The notes under the pieces are model-generated. The model did no database searches and was not told the DNA's origin. It was given only the letters and a program-made list of their open reading frames with translations. Position numbers and translations under genes: made by a program. Shown one piece after another: positions 26,509 to 34,376 of a stretch of 34,509 nt of DNA; position 1 is the stretch's first letter, and each line of letters opens with the position of its first letter. The DNA is from a virus (Duplodnaviria > Caudoviricetes), in IMG/VR virus record IMGVR_UViG_3300046786_000155, positions 1 to 34,509 of that record; one strand, written 5' to 3'.

Positions 26509-26766
26509 ATGACTAAGGACACAAACATTACTGTTCAACTTCCAACCGAGATTTCCTATTGGGGATCAGATTGCCGCGAGCAAGACATTGATCGCATCTT
26601 GAGCAACCTCGAAACCATGATTGAAAGAGAGTTTTCTGACAGTCCTTACAACATAAACTTTCAGCGCACCGCTAATCCTAGCGGGTCTGGAGTTGATGGA
26701 GACTGTGAAGCGGCTTGCGATGATGTCAGACTGTTTATTGAAGAGAACTGGATGAACGCGCTTTGA
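26509..26766 (+). CDS. Hypothetical acidic early protein
   Basis: 85 aa, D/E-rich; CCATCAAATACCATG leader. Confidence 0.7.
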   Translation: MTKDTNITVQLPTEISYWGSDCREQDIDRILSNLETMIEREFSDSPYNINFQRTANPSGSGVDGDCEAACDDVRLFIEENWMNAL

Positions 26767-26767
26767 A

Positions 26768-26803
26768 CCATCAACACCCATCAACACCCATCAAATACCA
26801 TGA
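26768..26803 (+). repeat. 10-bp tandem repeat CCATCAACAC x2 plus shared leader CCATCAAATACCATGA
   Basis: The 16-mer is at 26497-26512 and 26788-26803, with a near copy at 2191-2211. Confidence 0.75.
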
Positions 26804-26994
26804 AGTACCATTGCAGAAATAAGGACAACAAAGTCCTGAGCATTCACCGCAGCATTGAAGAAGCTCTCCGCGCTAGAGATGTCTGGAACCATACGATTGA
26901 GCTAATCGGTGTTACTGACGAGAGCGGACGGTTGCTTGAAGCTGAAGAGATCATCCAACACAAAGCCGCCGTCTGGCTGAAAGGTCTCCGATGA
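26800..26994 (+). CDS. Hypothetical protein
   Basis: H.SIEEAL.AR motif; ATGA-coupled to the next gene. Confidence 0.65.
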   Translation: MKYHCRNKDNKVLSIHRSIEEALRARDVWNHTIELIGVTDESGRLLEAEEIIQHKAAVWLKGLR

Positions 26995-27317
26995 ATCTGG
27001 GACCACTTATTGCGGCTTTGATCACTGTGGAGTCCAACGGAAACGACATGGCAATTGGAGACGGTGGACGAGCCATTGGCGCGTTGCAGATCCACAAAGC
27101 GGTTGTGGTCGATGTCAACCGCATCGCTGGCACCAGCTACACCCACCAGCAAATGACCAATCGCGTTGCGGCTCGTCGAGTTTGCGAGATCTATTTGAGC
27201 CGGTACGCTGCCGGTAAGACCAACGAAGAAGCAGCGAGAATTTGGAACGGTGGCCCAACTGGTCACCGGAAGTCAGTGACCGTTGCCTATTGGAACAAAG
27301 TCAAAAGGCACCTGTGA
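26991..27317 (+). CDS. Lysozyme-like/lytic transglycosylase (destabilase/SLT-like)
   Basis: ITVES catalytic Glu, AIGDGGRAIGALQI, ARIWNGGP.G, YW.KV. Confidence 0.8.
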   Translation: MNLGPLIAALITVESNGNDMAIGDGGRAIGALQIHKAVVVDVNRIAGTSYTHQQMTNRVAARRVCEIYLSRYAAGKTNEEAARIWNGGPTGHRKSVTVAYWNKVKRHL

Positions 27318-27451
27318 AATCAAAGACCGTATTCATCACTGAGACAACGCACGTTCGATTGAAAGAATTGTGCAAACGAGAAGGACTCAAAATGAACCAT
27401 GCAATTGACCGGATCATCCGCGAATGGATGGACAAGAAGGATGCGAAATGA
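27314..27451 (+). CDS. Ribbon-helix-helix-like small DNA-binding protein
   Basis: KTVFITETTHVRLKELCKREGLKMNHAIDRIIREW. Confidence 0.65.
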   Translation: MKSKTVFITETTHVRLKELCKREGLKMNHAIDRIIREWMDKKDAK

Positions 27452-27642
27452 GCGACAACAACTCAGAGACTGTGCGCCTCACGTTCAAAGGACTGCTGTC
27501 TCTCTACCTGCCCGAGAAGACGATGATGGAGGTCTACAACGCAACCGAGCTGTTCTGTCGAAGGAACAACTTGGGCATCGCAATCGACGACAACAACCGG
27601 CTTGATTTTGTTCCGATGGTGAAAGTGGAGGAGGCGAAATGA
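27448..27642 (+). CDS. Hypothetical protein
   Basis: ATGA-coupled at both ends; SD-like AAGGA. Confidence 0.65.
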   Translation: MSDNNSETVRLTFKGLLSLYLPEKTMMEVYNATELFCRRNNLGIAIDDNNRLDFVPMVKVEEAK

Positions 27643-27860
27643 GCGATACACCGAGGACCAACAACTACGACTGGTCGTTTCACCTGCTGTTCGCTGAAGC
27701 ACAGAAGATGGAACGAGAATTGAACGCGGCCAACGAGCGCATCTCAAAGCTCAACGACTACGTTGCCGCGCTTGAGACAGCAGGTGATGAGATGGCCAAC
27801 GAACTCAGCTATGGATACGACGTTGATATGTGGTACAAAGCCAAGGAGGCCAAGCCGTGA
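27639..27860 (+). CDS. Modular coiled-coil micro-protein
   Basis: MSDTPRT...MERELNAANERI...LETAGDEMA...WYKAKEAKP. Confidence 0.7.
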   Translation: MSDTPRTNNYDWSFHLLFAEAQKMERELNAANERISKLNDYVAALETAGDEMANELSYGYDVDMWYKAKEAKP

Positions 27861-27862
27861 GC
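27836..27862 (+). repeat. 27-bp exact junction repeat (copy at 28770-28796)
   Basis: CAAAGCCAAGGAGGCCAAGCCGTGAGC contains an SD and a GTGA stop/start overlap. Confidence 0.9.
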
Positions 27863-28033
27863 AAAGACAAACTTCATGAACTGCTGTGTCACCTATGGCA
27901 TCGCGACATCTCAGCAGATGATGCATTCGATGAATTGGAAGACTTGATCAATCGCATCACCGAACTTGAAACAGAGAACGACGCTCTCCGCGCCGATCTG
28001 TTGCTGTGGGAACAGAAGGAGGTGAAGCCGTGA
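27857..28033 (+). CDS. Modular micro-protein ending ENDALRADLLLW
   Basis: GTG start with GGAGG SD; C-terminus shared with 28791..28958. Confidence 0.7.
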   Translation: MSKDKLHELLCHLWHRDISADDAFDELEDLINRITELETENDALRADLLLWEQKEVKP

Positions 28034-28037
28034 GCGA
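27974..28037 (+). repeat. 64-bp direct repeat (copy at 28899-28962, 4 mismatches)
   Basis: GAGAACGACGCTCTCCGCGCCGATCTG...AGAAGGAGGTGA(A/G)GCCGTGAGCGA. Confidence 0.9.
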
Positions 28038-28326
28038 AACACCGAGGATGGACCTTGCGCTTCGTAAGGCACAGGAAGATTACACTGAATCATATCTATT
28101 AACTGAAGGCCTGAAACTCGAACGCGAACTCAACGCTGCCAACGAGAATACAAGGCGACTACATGACTGCTTGGAAACCGCATGGGGAATCATCGCCAAT
28201 GTAAGTGGAGGAGATTGGACGCGACAGAAACCTGAATGGCAGGAAGCTGTTATTCGATGGAGGGACAATCAGTTTGATCCAATTATGAAAGAACTGTCAG
28301 AGCGCAGAGCAAAGGAAAACAAATGA
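28030..28326 (+). CDS. Modular micro-protein
   Basis: MSETPRMD...LERELNAANE...AWGIIANVSGGDW. Confidence 0.7.
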   Translation: MSETPRMDLALRKAQEDYTESYLLTEGLKLERELNAANENTRRLHDCLETAWGIIANVSGGDWTRQKPEWQEAVIRWRDNQFDPIMKELSERRAKENK

Positions 28327-28763
28327 GCATCGAAGAAACCAAAGAAGCCATCCGCGTGATGCAAGCATTCGTCGATGGGAAAAAAGTGGAATATCAGATT
28401 TCAGACGGAACTTGGTTGGTTGGATTGTCTCCAAGCTGGAACTGGCCATCAACACGTTACCGCATAAAACCTACACCGGTGCAGTGTGATGGAGGAGGCG
28501 AAATGATCAGTGAACTTGAAGCGGCTAAGCAGCGCATCCGCCTACTAATCGCAGAGCGCGACACGGCGCGGCTGCAAGCTGATCAGCAATACAATCTCCG
28601 CGAGGAGTTCCGCGAACTGCTAGGAACCGATGATGTCGAGCAGGGAGTGGCTGTGGTGCGTGAGATGAAGCAGCGCATCAAGCGGCTGGAAGAAAGCGTG
28701 TCTTACTGGAACGAACGCTACAACGACCTAAATCATAAGGTTCAAAACCGTGACAACTACTAA
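28323..28763 (+). CDS. Hypothetical protein, probably two fused cassettes (internal start 28503)
   Basis: MQAFVDGKKVEY...PSWNW...YRIKP domain, then the GGAGGAGGCGAAATG junction and a coiled coil. Confidence 0.65.
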   Translation: MSIEETKEAIRVMQAFVDGKKVEYQISDGTWLVGLSPSWNWPSTRYRIKPTPVQCDGGGEMISELEAAKQRIRLLIAERDTARLQADQQYNLREEFRELLGTDDVEQGVAVVREMKQRIKRLEESVSYWNERYNDLNHKVQNRDNY

Positions 28764-28790
28764 AGAACTCAAAGCCAAGGAGGCCAAGCC

Positions 28791-28958
28791 GTGAGCGACG
28801 AAGAATGGAAGAAGCGATTAGAGCGAGCCGTGGAAGTTTCAACCTATTGGTTTGAGAAATTCCACGCGGCCAACAACCGCATCACCCAACTAGAGCAGGA
28901 GAACGACGCTCTCCGCGCCGATCTGCTGCTGTGGGACGAGAAGGAGGTGAGGCCGTGA
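28791..28958 (+). CDS. Modular micro-protein (55 aa, not in the ORF track)
   Basis: MSDEEWKKRL...AANNRITQLEQENDALRADLLLWDEKEVRP. Confidence 0.7.
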   Translation: MSDEEWKKRLERAVEVSTYWFEKFHAANNRITQLEQENDALRADLLLWDEKEVRP

Positions 28959-29143
28959 GCGACAAAGAATGGTTGATCATGCCATGCATTGTCTTGGTTG
29001 CGCTTGCTTGCATCATTTCAAATATTTTCGGATTGGTTAAAGGCATTGATAAACAACAACAAGAAGCAGTCATCACCGGCCATGCCGAGTGGGTGGCAGA
29101 TCAGAGTGGAAAGCCACAATTCAAATGGAAGGAGTGCAAATGA
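28955..29143 (+). CDS. Small single-TM protein
   Basis: Hydrophobic LIMPCIVLVALACIISNIFGLV, then QQEAV..GHAEW. Confidence 0.65.
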   Translation: MSDKEWLIMPCIVLVALACIISNIFGLVKGIDKQQQEAVITGHAEWVADQSGKPQFKWKECK

Positions 29144-29547
29144 GCGAACCAATCTACTTTTCAACCAACAGCCACCCGATATCCAATCCAAGCACCCAGA
29201 TCATGCGGGTCGATATGGATGGTGGATTCACGGTCAACGAATCCATACCCGCTACTGATGCAGCCAAAGAAGTGCTTCGGATTATGAAGGAGCAATGGTT
29301 TGCCGACCCACAGGCCACAAAGATCCGCGAGCTTCAATCCGATGTCACCCAACTCGAAAACCGTCTTCGCGCTCTGTGGGACAAGCTCGAAGGTGAGAGG
29401 AAGTTCTACGATCAGCGCATCCGAGAACTCGAAATAGCTGGCAACGCAATGTACGCATTCATCAACCCTCCATCTCCGAGCATGAGGACCATCCGAATGG
29501 ACAACCTGTTGCAGGGTTGGGATGACGCCAAGATCAACATTAACTAA
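29140..29547 (+). CDS. Modular coiled-coil protein
   Basis: KIRELQ...RIRELEIAGNAM...W..AK module. Confidence 0.65.
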   Translation: MSEPIYFSTNSHPISNPSTQIMRVDMDGGFTVNESIPATDAAKEVLRIMKEQWFADPQATKIRELQSDVTQLENRLRALWDKLEGERKFYDQRIRELEIAGNAMYAFINPPSPSMRTIRMDNLLQGWDDAKININ

Positions 29548-29557
29548 CTGAAAAACT

Positions 29558-29728
29558 ATGTCCGAAACATCATTGCAGAATGCATATGACCGCATCGAAG
29601 AGCTTGAACTCAAACTAGAGTCGGCCAATGAGCGTATCAGGAAACTCGAAGAAGCTGGTGATGCGATGGCTGAACGCTGCGAGGTGGACATTGAGAACTG
29701 GTACAGAACCAAGAAGGGGGAGCTATGA
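29558..29728 (+). CDS. Modular micro-protein (56 aa, not in the ORF track)
   Basis: LESANERIRKLEEAGDAMA...WYRTK; parallels 27639. Confidence 0.7.
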   Translation: MSETSLQNAYDRIEELELKLESANERIRKLEEAGDAMAERCEVDIENWYRTKKGEL

Positions 29729-29937
29729 TGTGTCCATACTGCCATGCCGATAAACGAACTGAAATCACATATGATTGCTGGACCAAGGTTGGCGATGACG
29801 AGCTTGCGCGATCTGAGCGATGTCTCAGAAATGAGATTCGGCAGCTCAAAGAACGCATCAGCAACTTGGAAGACTTGTGTAATTCAATCTCAGACTGCCT
29901 TCAGAAGTTTGGCAAACAGCTAAGGCTTAAAGCATGA
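29725..29937 (+). CDS. Cys-rich coiled-coil micro-protein
   Basis: CPYC...C...C followed by LKERISNLE. Confidence 0.65.
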   Translation: MMCPYCHADKRTEITYDCWTKVGDDELARSERCLRNEIRQLKERISNLEDLCNSISDCLQKFGKQLRLKA

Positions 29938-30128
29938 AGAAACCCATCTCCAAAACCCCGCGCACAGACCGACAGCCGACAGTCACGGTGGCATTCCAGC
30001 AGTTCGTGAAGATCGGATTTGCCAAGCAGCTAGAGCGGCAACTGGCTGGAGCGAACAAGCGGATCAAGGAACTGGAAGCCAAAGAGGACGAACTGAACGA
30101 CCTCAGGAAATGGTTGGAGGGACGATGA
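29934..30128 (+). CDS. Modular micro-protein
   Basis: KTPRTD...FAKQLERQLAGANKRIKELE. Confidence 0.7.
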   Translation: MKKPISKTPRTDRQPTVTVAFQQFVKIGFAKQLERQLAGANKRIKELEAKEDELNDLRKWLEGR

Positions 30129-30343
30129 ACGTGCCAATCGGACCAGCAGCATTCGTTTTCAAGCACAAGCGAACCGGACAAGTTGTCGTCGTTTCGAACG
30201 AGCGATGGCATGAATTGTACGACAAGAAGGAGGACTGGGAACACACAGCCAGCCTCAACGCCTGTGGTGCTTTGCAGTACATCATCGACGCCAAACCGAA
30301 GGAGAGGAACAGGTACATCAGATCACTCACCGAAAAGGTATGA
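30125..30343 (+). CDS. Hypothetical protein
   Basis: ATGA-coupled chain; GGAGG SD. Confidence 0.65.
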   Translation: MNVPIGPAAFVFKHKRTGQVVVVSNERWHELYDKKEDWEHTASLNACGALQYIIDAKPKERNRYIRSLTEKV

Positions 30344-30546
30344 CCATCCTGCTACACGAACTCCCGCACCATCACCACCTCCGAAACTCCGCACTCCAAA
30401 CCATCGACGTTCGCATTCGGTGCCGACATACCAAGTCGAGCCGCGACCCGCGAACATGGAAGATCAAGCACAACTCCTACAACGAACTCAACGATTCTTG
30501 GCAGACCAACTTCGATTTCGTTGTGAATTATGAACCAGAAAGTTAA
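30340..30546 (+). CDS. Hypothetical protein
   Basis: ATGA-coupled. Confidence 0.6.
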   Translation: MTILLHELPHHHHLRNSALQTIDVRIRCRHTKSSRDPRTWKIKHNSYNELNDSWQTNFDFVVNYEPES

Positions 30547-30715
30547 TACATCATTTGAGTTAGATTACAAAACACTGACATTACTACAGAAAGAAGCAGA
30601 GAAACTCGGTTTCAAATCTTGGGGAGCATATCTCCGTCATGTCCTAGATTTCCACGTCCTAACATTCCATCCAGAACTATTCAATGAGCATACTGAAAAC
30701 ACTCGGACTCACTAA
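30530..30715 (+). CDS. RHH-like small protein
   Basis: TSFELDYKTLTLLQKEAEKLGFKSWGAYLRHVL. Confidence 0.55.
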   Translation: MNQKVNTSFELDYKTLTLLQKEAEKLGFKSWGAYLRHVLDFHVLTFHPELFNEHTENTRTH

Positions 30716-30962
30716 AGACGCCATCTCCAGACTCTTGGGAGTCCATAAGACCGTCGAGACGCAACCCGTTCTTACATCCAGACCGACTAAGCCGAAAAAG
30801 CGTCAGCGTGGGCGTCCTGCTGGTCGCCACATTGACCAGTCAATTGTCGATGCAGTTCGCAACTCTCACCAGACATCAACCATACGAGAACTTGCGAAGA
30901 AACACAACGTCTCGGCCTATTGGGTCATGATGGTCCGCAAAGGTAAGTTGCGGAAAGATTGA
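30684..30962 (+). CDS. HTH DNA-binding protein
   Basis: RGRP hook, TIRELAKKHNVSAYWVMMVRKG. Confidence 0.65.
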   Translation: MSILKTLGLTKDAISRLLGVHKTVETQPVLTSRPTKPKKRQRGRPAGRHIDQSIVDAVRNSHQTSTIRELAKKHNVSAYWVMMVRKGKLRKD

Positions 30963-31019
30963 TACTACGCAAAGCGAGTGTGTCTTGATTGAGCGTTGCG
31001 CTTATGCTTATTAACCATT

Positions 31020-31769
31020 GTGAACATCACACAGCACCGCCGCCGAGTTATGGCGGTTGGTTGCAGCCATGGGAACCGAGCCAATCAAGATGCACTCGCT
31101 GCGGTCTTGCTCTTCCGAGAGAGATTCAAACCAGACGAAGTAATCCACCTCGGAGACGCCTACGATCTTGCATCATTACGCAGCGGGTCACTCCGAGACC
31201 CACAAGACTCGGACCAAGCCGATGACTATCTCGACGACATCCAAGAGGGAGCCAAATTCCTAGACGAACTAAGACCAACAGTGTTCACCATTGGGAACCA
31301 TGACGAGCGAGCCAAGAAGTACCTGAACCATCACAACGCTGTTGTCCGTGGATTCGCTGAGGCTGTATGGGAACGAATGCTAAAACCAATTGAGAAACAC
31401 TGTCACACATTCATCAAACACAATGACTGCCATGACAGATCGTTTTACAAGTTGGGCGGATTTCGATGGGGACATGGAGTCCTATTCGGTGAGAACTTCT
31501 TGCGTGACTCCGCTGAAACCTTTGGCAATTGCGTTGTGGCTCATGCTCACCGAGCAGGTCAAGCGACTGGTCGAACAATGGGAAATCCGATGGGCTTTTG
31601 TGTCGGAACTTTGGCAGACATTCCTGCAATGGATTATGCAGGAAAACGACGATCAACCCTAGCATGGTCACATGGGATCGTGTTTGGGGAATACACCGAC
31701 AACTCAGCGCAACTCTACCTCCACCAATGGCCTCAGAACGAACAGAACTGGCACCTGCCGAGCTTTTGA
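31020..31769 (+). CDS. Calcineurin-like metallophosphoesterase
   Basis: GCSHG, HLGDAYD, GNHD, HG, AHAH motifs. Confidence 0.85.
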   Translation: MNITQHRRRVMAVGCSHGNRANQDALAAVLLFRERFKPDEVIHLGDAYDLASLRSGSLRDPQDSDQADDYLDDIQEGAKFLDELRPTVFTIGNHDERAKKYLNHHNAVVRGFAEAVWERMLKPIEKHCHTFIKHNDCHDRSFYKLGGFRWGHGVLFGENFLRDSAETFGNCVVAHAHRAGQATGRTMGNPMGFCVGTLADIPAMDYAGKRRSTLAWSHGIVFGEYTDNSAQLYLHQWPQNEQNWHLPSF

Positions 31770-31987
31770 AGCGATTACGGCTCGCCATAGCGAACCAACC
31801 AGAAGAAGTCCCAGAAGGCTGGCACACAACAAACCAATGGGCCGAGATCTGGAACATCACGCCAAATGCTGCTGGAATCGTTCTCTCACGATCCGTCCGC
31901 ATCGGAGAGATGGAGTCCAAGAAGTTCCGCATCGTTTGCGGAAACCGTGGAGCTTACCCGACAACTCACTACCGACAAACCCAATGA
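31727..31987 (+). CDS. Small winged-HTH-like protein
   Basis: VPEGWHTTNQWAEIWN...GEMESKKFRI...HYR. Confidence 0.55.
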   Translation: MASERTELAPAELLKRLRLAIANQPEEVPEGWHTTNQWAEIWNITPNAAGIVLSRSVRIGEMESKKFRIVCGNRGAYPTTHYRQTQ

Positions 31988-32166
31988 GATTCCGATCTAA
32001 AGCCAACCAAAACGTTATCGTGGAGTTTATCTCCGAAGCACAACTCCGCATCGGTGAGACCAAGCGGTTATGCGTGGTCTACGAGCGTGAGGGTTACTTC
32101 TACGTTCGACCGAAAGCCGAGTTCTACGACAAGTTTTGTCTGGACGAAGGACCAAAGCCGAGTTAG
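31984..32166 (+). CDS. Small DUF1653-like protein
   Basis: VVY....YVRP..EF..KF motif. Confidence 0.55.
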   Translation: MRFRSKANQNVIVEFISEAQLRIGETKRLCVVYEREGYFYVRPKAEFYDKFCLDEGPKPS

Positions 32167-32175
32167 CAGTAAGGA

Positions 32176-32307
32176 GTCAGCGCAAGCCCTAGGAAGCAAA
32201 CGCTGGCATCATCAAAGGAACCATGACCAACCATTTCGATCCCACCTTCACTGAGAATGTCGCGTTGTTCCTTCGCGAGTTCCTAGCTCAGTGCTGGTGG
32301 GATTTTT
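32176..32307 (+). ncRNA. Structured leader RNA with two loop-target complementarities (C4/CI-antisense-like architecture)
   Basis: Hairpin 32176-32207; long stem 32238-32255/32287-32304 with inner hairpin; CTAGGAA/TTCCTAG and AAGGAAC/GTTCCTT pairs. Confidence 0.65.
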
Positions 32308-32316
32308 GGTTTCATC

Positions 32317-33042
32317 ATGCCGAATAGATACATCCGAGAATCAGCAATAGAGTCCGAAGCGATCAACAGTCTGTCATGGGAAGCTGAAGTCTTCCTGCGA
32401 AGGCTTTTCAACAGAGTTGACGATTTCGGGAGACACTCAGCATCAACTCAACTCCTTAGAGCCGCTCTATTCCCGCTCCAGCTTGATCGCGTATCCGAAA
32501 AGAAGACGGAAGCGATTCTGTCTGAACTTGAATCAGTAGGCTTGCTCGCCACCTATCAAGTTGATGGCAAGAAGTACCTTCAGCTTGCTAAGTGGGAACA
32601 GGGACGAGCGAAGACAAGCAGACATCCGTCTCCATCTTCCGAAGTCTGTAAGCGTCTGCAAACATATGTTTACAACGGAGAACAGATGCAAGCAGATGCT
32701 CCCGACTCCGACTCCGACTCCGACTCCGACTCCGATACCGATCCAGACTCCGATGCGCTTCGCTCTCGGATCAACAAATGGTTTGGTCGTAGAGAAGGAA
32801 CCAAGTGGACAGCAAACGAGCTTAAAGCACTCAAGCTCATTGTGGCTCTTAAGACTCAAGAATCCGATCTCCAACTTTTGGACTTTCGGTATGAATCCAA
32901 AAACCAATACCGCAGAAAGGATATCTTAACTTTATTGAACAACTGGAATACAGAAATCGACAGATGCAAATCTGACTTGCAGCAGTCGCTTCCGATGGAA
33001 GCTCCACGCACTAAGGAACTCGACTGGAGGGACAGCCTGTGA
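32317..33042 (+). CDS. Phage replication initiator, variant B
   Basis: MPNRYIRE...INSLSWEAEVF.RRL...VDDFGR N-terminus typical of phage replisome organisers; DSDSDS linker; GTGA overlap with DnaB. Confidence 0.8.
   Translation: MPNRYIRESAIESEAINSLSWEAEVFLRRLFNRVDDFGRHSASTQLLRAALFPLQLDRVSEKKTEAILSELESVGLLATYQVDGKKYLQLAKWEQGRAKTSRHPSPSSEVCKRLQTYVYNGEQMQADAPDSDSDSDSDSDTDPDSDALRSRINKWFGRREGTKWTANELKALKLIVALKTQESDLQLLDFRYESKNQYRRKDILTLLNNWNTEIDRCKSDLQQSLPMEAPRTKELDWRDSL
32702..32754 (+). repeat. Hexamer microsatellite (CCGACT)x5 plus degenerate copies
   Basis: Perfect copies 32702-32731; encodes the DSDSDS linker. Confidence 0.9.
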
Positions 33043-34334
33043 GCAATCCTTACTTCGCTGAAGACGACGAGTTTGGTCTGATTGGGGCTTGTCTGACTGG
33101 TACGCTGGACACTTGCGCTGATGCGCTCGCTGAAGTCCGAGTCGATTGGATCGAAACCCAATCGCTCAAAGATACCTACGATGTCATCAAGTCGATGACC
33201 CAACAGAACCGCGCTCCTAGCCTCCCTGAACTTGGGAAGGAGTGGAAGAAGCTGAACGGCAATCAGCCCATTCCTTTCGAGGACTGGAACCGCGCAATGG
33301 AAGTCTGCCCATCGCCGGCAAACCTTCCATACTACGTCAAAGGCATCTCAGAAGCCGCTCACCGTCGCCAGCTACGGCTCGCAGGAGACCGACTTATACG
33401 CGAGTCCGCTGTCCTGACACTCCCGACAGATCAAATCGTCTCTAATGCCGAAGCAGGACTCAGCATTGAGGTCTCTAAGGAGACGCTCTCAACCTCAAAA
33501 CAGGTCGCGGGGTCGTTCATCGACGCAATGCAAGAGCGGTTCAGTCGAAAAGGTACGCTCTCGGGAGTAACCACCGGCTTCCATTGGCTCGACGACAAGA
33601 CCGATGGTCTCCAGCATGGGGAACTCGCCATAATTGCGGCTCGTCCATCTATAGGCAAAACGGCAATCGCAATCGCCATCGCAGAAGCAGCAGCAGTCAA
33701 AGCCAAGACTCCGACGCTGTTCATCTCGCTTGAGATGTCGAAGGAGGCCATCTTCAGAAGATCCGTCGCTTCGTTAGGCAAAGTCCCGATGCAGAACCTC
33801 AAGAGCGGCAACCTTTCCGAAGGCGATATGCGCTCCATGACTCAAGCGTCTGGGAAGCTGGCGTCTAGTCCGCTCTGGTTCTTGGACGGCTCAAGCTCTC
33901 AAAGCATCGCCAGCATCACCGCCAACATCCGACGAGCAGTGCGAAAACACAAAGTGCGGCTCGTCATCATCGACTACCTCCAGAAGGTCAAAGCAGCAGA
34001 GAAGTCCGAGAAGCGCACCTACGAGGTCGCAGAGGTCAGCGGTAAGCTCAAAGACATTGCGGTACAGACCGGAGTGGCTTTGCTGTCACTCGCACAGTTG
34101 AACCGCGAGAACGAGAAAGACAAAGGCCGACAACCTCGGCTGACTGATCTAGCAGACTCCGGTCAGATCGAACGAGACGCTGATCTCGTCATGCTCTTAG
34201 ACCGAGACCGCAAAGAAGCCAAAGGCGAAGCATCAATCGTCATTGCAAAGCAACGAGACGGAGAGTGTGGCCTCGTTAAGCTCTGGTACGATGGGCAATT
34301 CTGCCGGTTTTCTGAACCTCCGATTGATACCTAA
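33039..34334 (+). CDS. dnaB: Replicative DNA helicase, DnaB family, variant B
   Basis: Same motifs and same length (431 aa) as 523..1818. Confidence 0.95.
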   Translation: MSNPYFAEDDEFGLIGACLTGTLDTCADALAEVRVDWIETQSLKDTYDVIKSMTQQNRAPSLPELGKEWKKLNGNQPIPFEDWNRAMEVCPSPANLPYYVKGISEAAHRRQLRLAGDRLIRESAVLTLPTDQIVSNAEAGLSIEVSKETLSTSKQVAGSFIDAMQERFSRKGTLSGVTTGFHWLDDKTDGLQHGELAIIAARPSIGKTAIAIAIAEAAAVKAKTPTLFISLEMSKEAIFRRSVASLGKVPMQNLKSGNLSEGDMRSMTQASGKLASSPLWFLDGSSSQSIASITANIRRAVRKHKVRLVIIDYLQKVKAAEKSEKRTYEVAEVSGKLKDIAVQTGVALLSLAQLNRENEKDKGRQPRLTDLADSGQIERDADLVMLLDRDRKEAKGEASIVIAKQRDGECGLVKLWYDGQFCRFSEPPIDT

Positions 34335-34376
34335 AACCCAACGATGGGTTGACACTGTAAACCATCCTGATAAACT
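34335..34376 (+). promoter_or_regulatory. Operator and promoter, copy of 1819-1860
   Basis: AACCCAACGATGGGTT 34335-34350, TTGACA 34349-34354, TGn-TAAACT 34368-34376. Confidence 0.7.

Noticed and set aside
28620-28627. CTAGGAAC as a trans target of the 32279-32286 bulge
   Set aside because: A single 8-mer inside a CDS is expected by chance in 34 kb, and the second target is not adjacent.
27626-28962. Dispersed repeats as a CRISPR array
   Set aside because: The repeats are of different types, irregularly spaced and coding. The Cas4-like gene is a common phage exonuclease.
32702-32731. Phase-variable microsatellite
   Set aside because: The unit is 6 bp, so slippage only changes the length of the DS linker.
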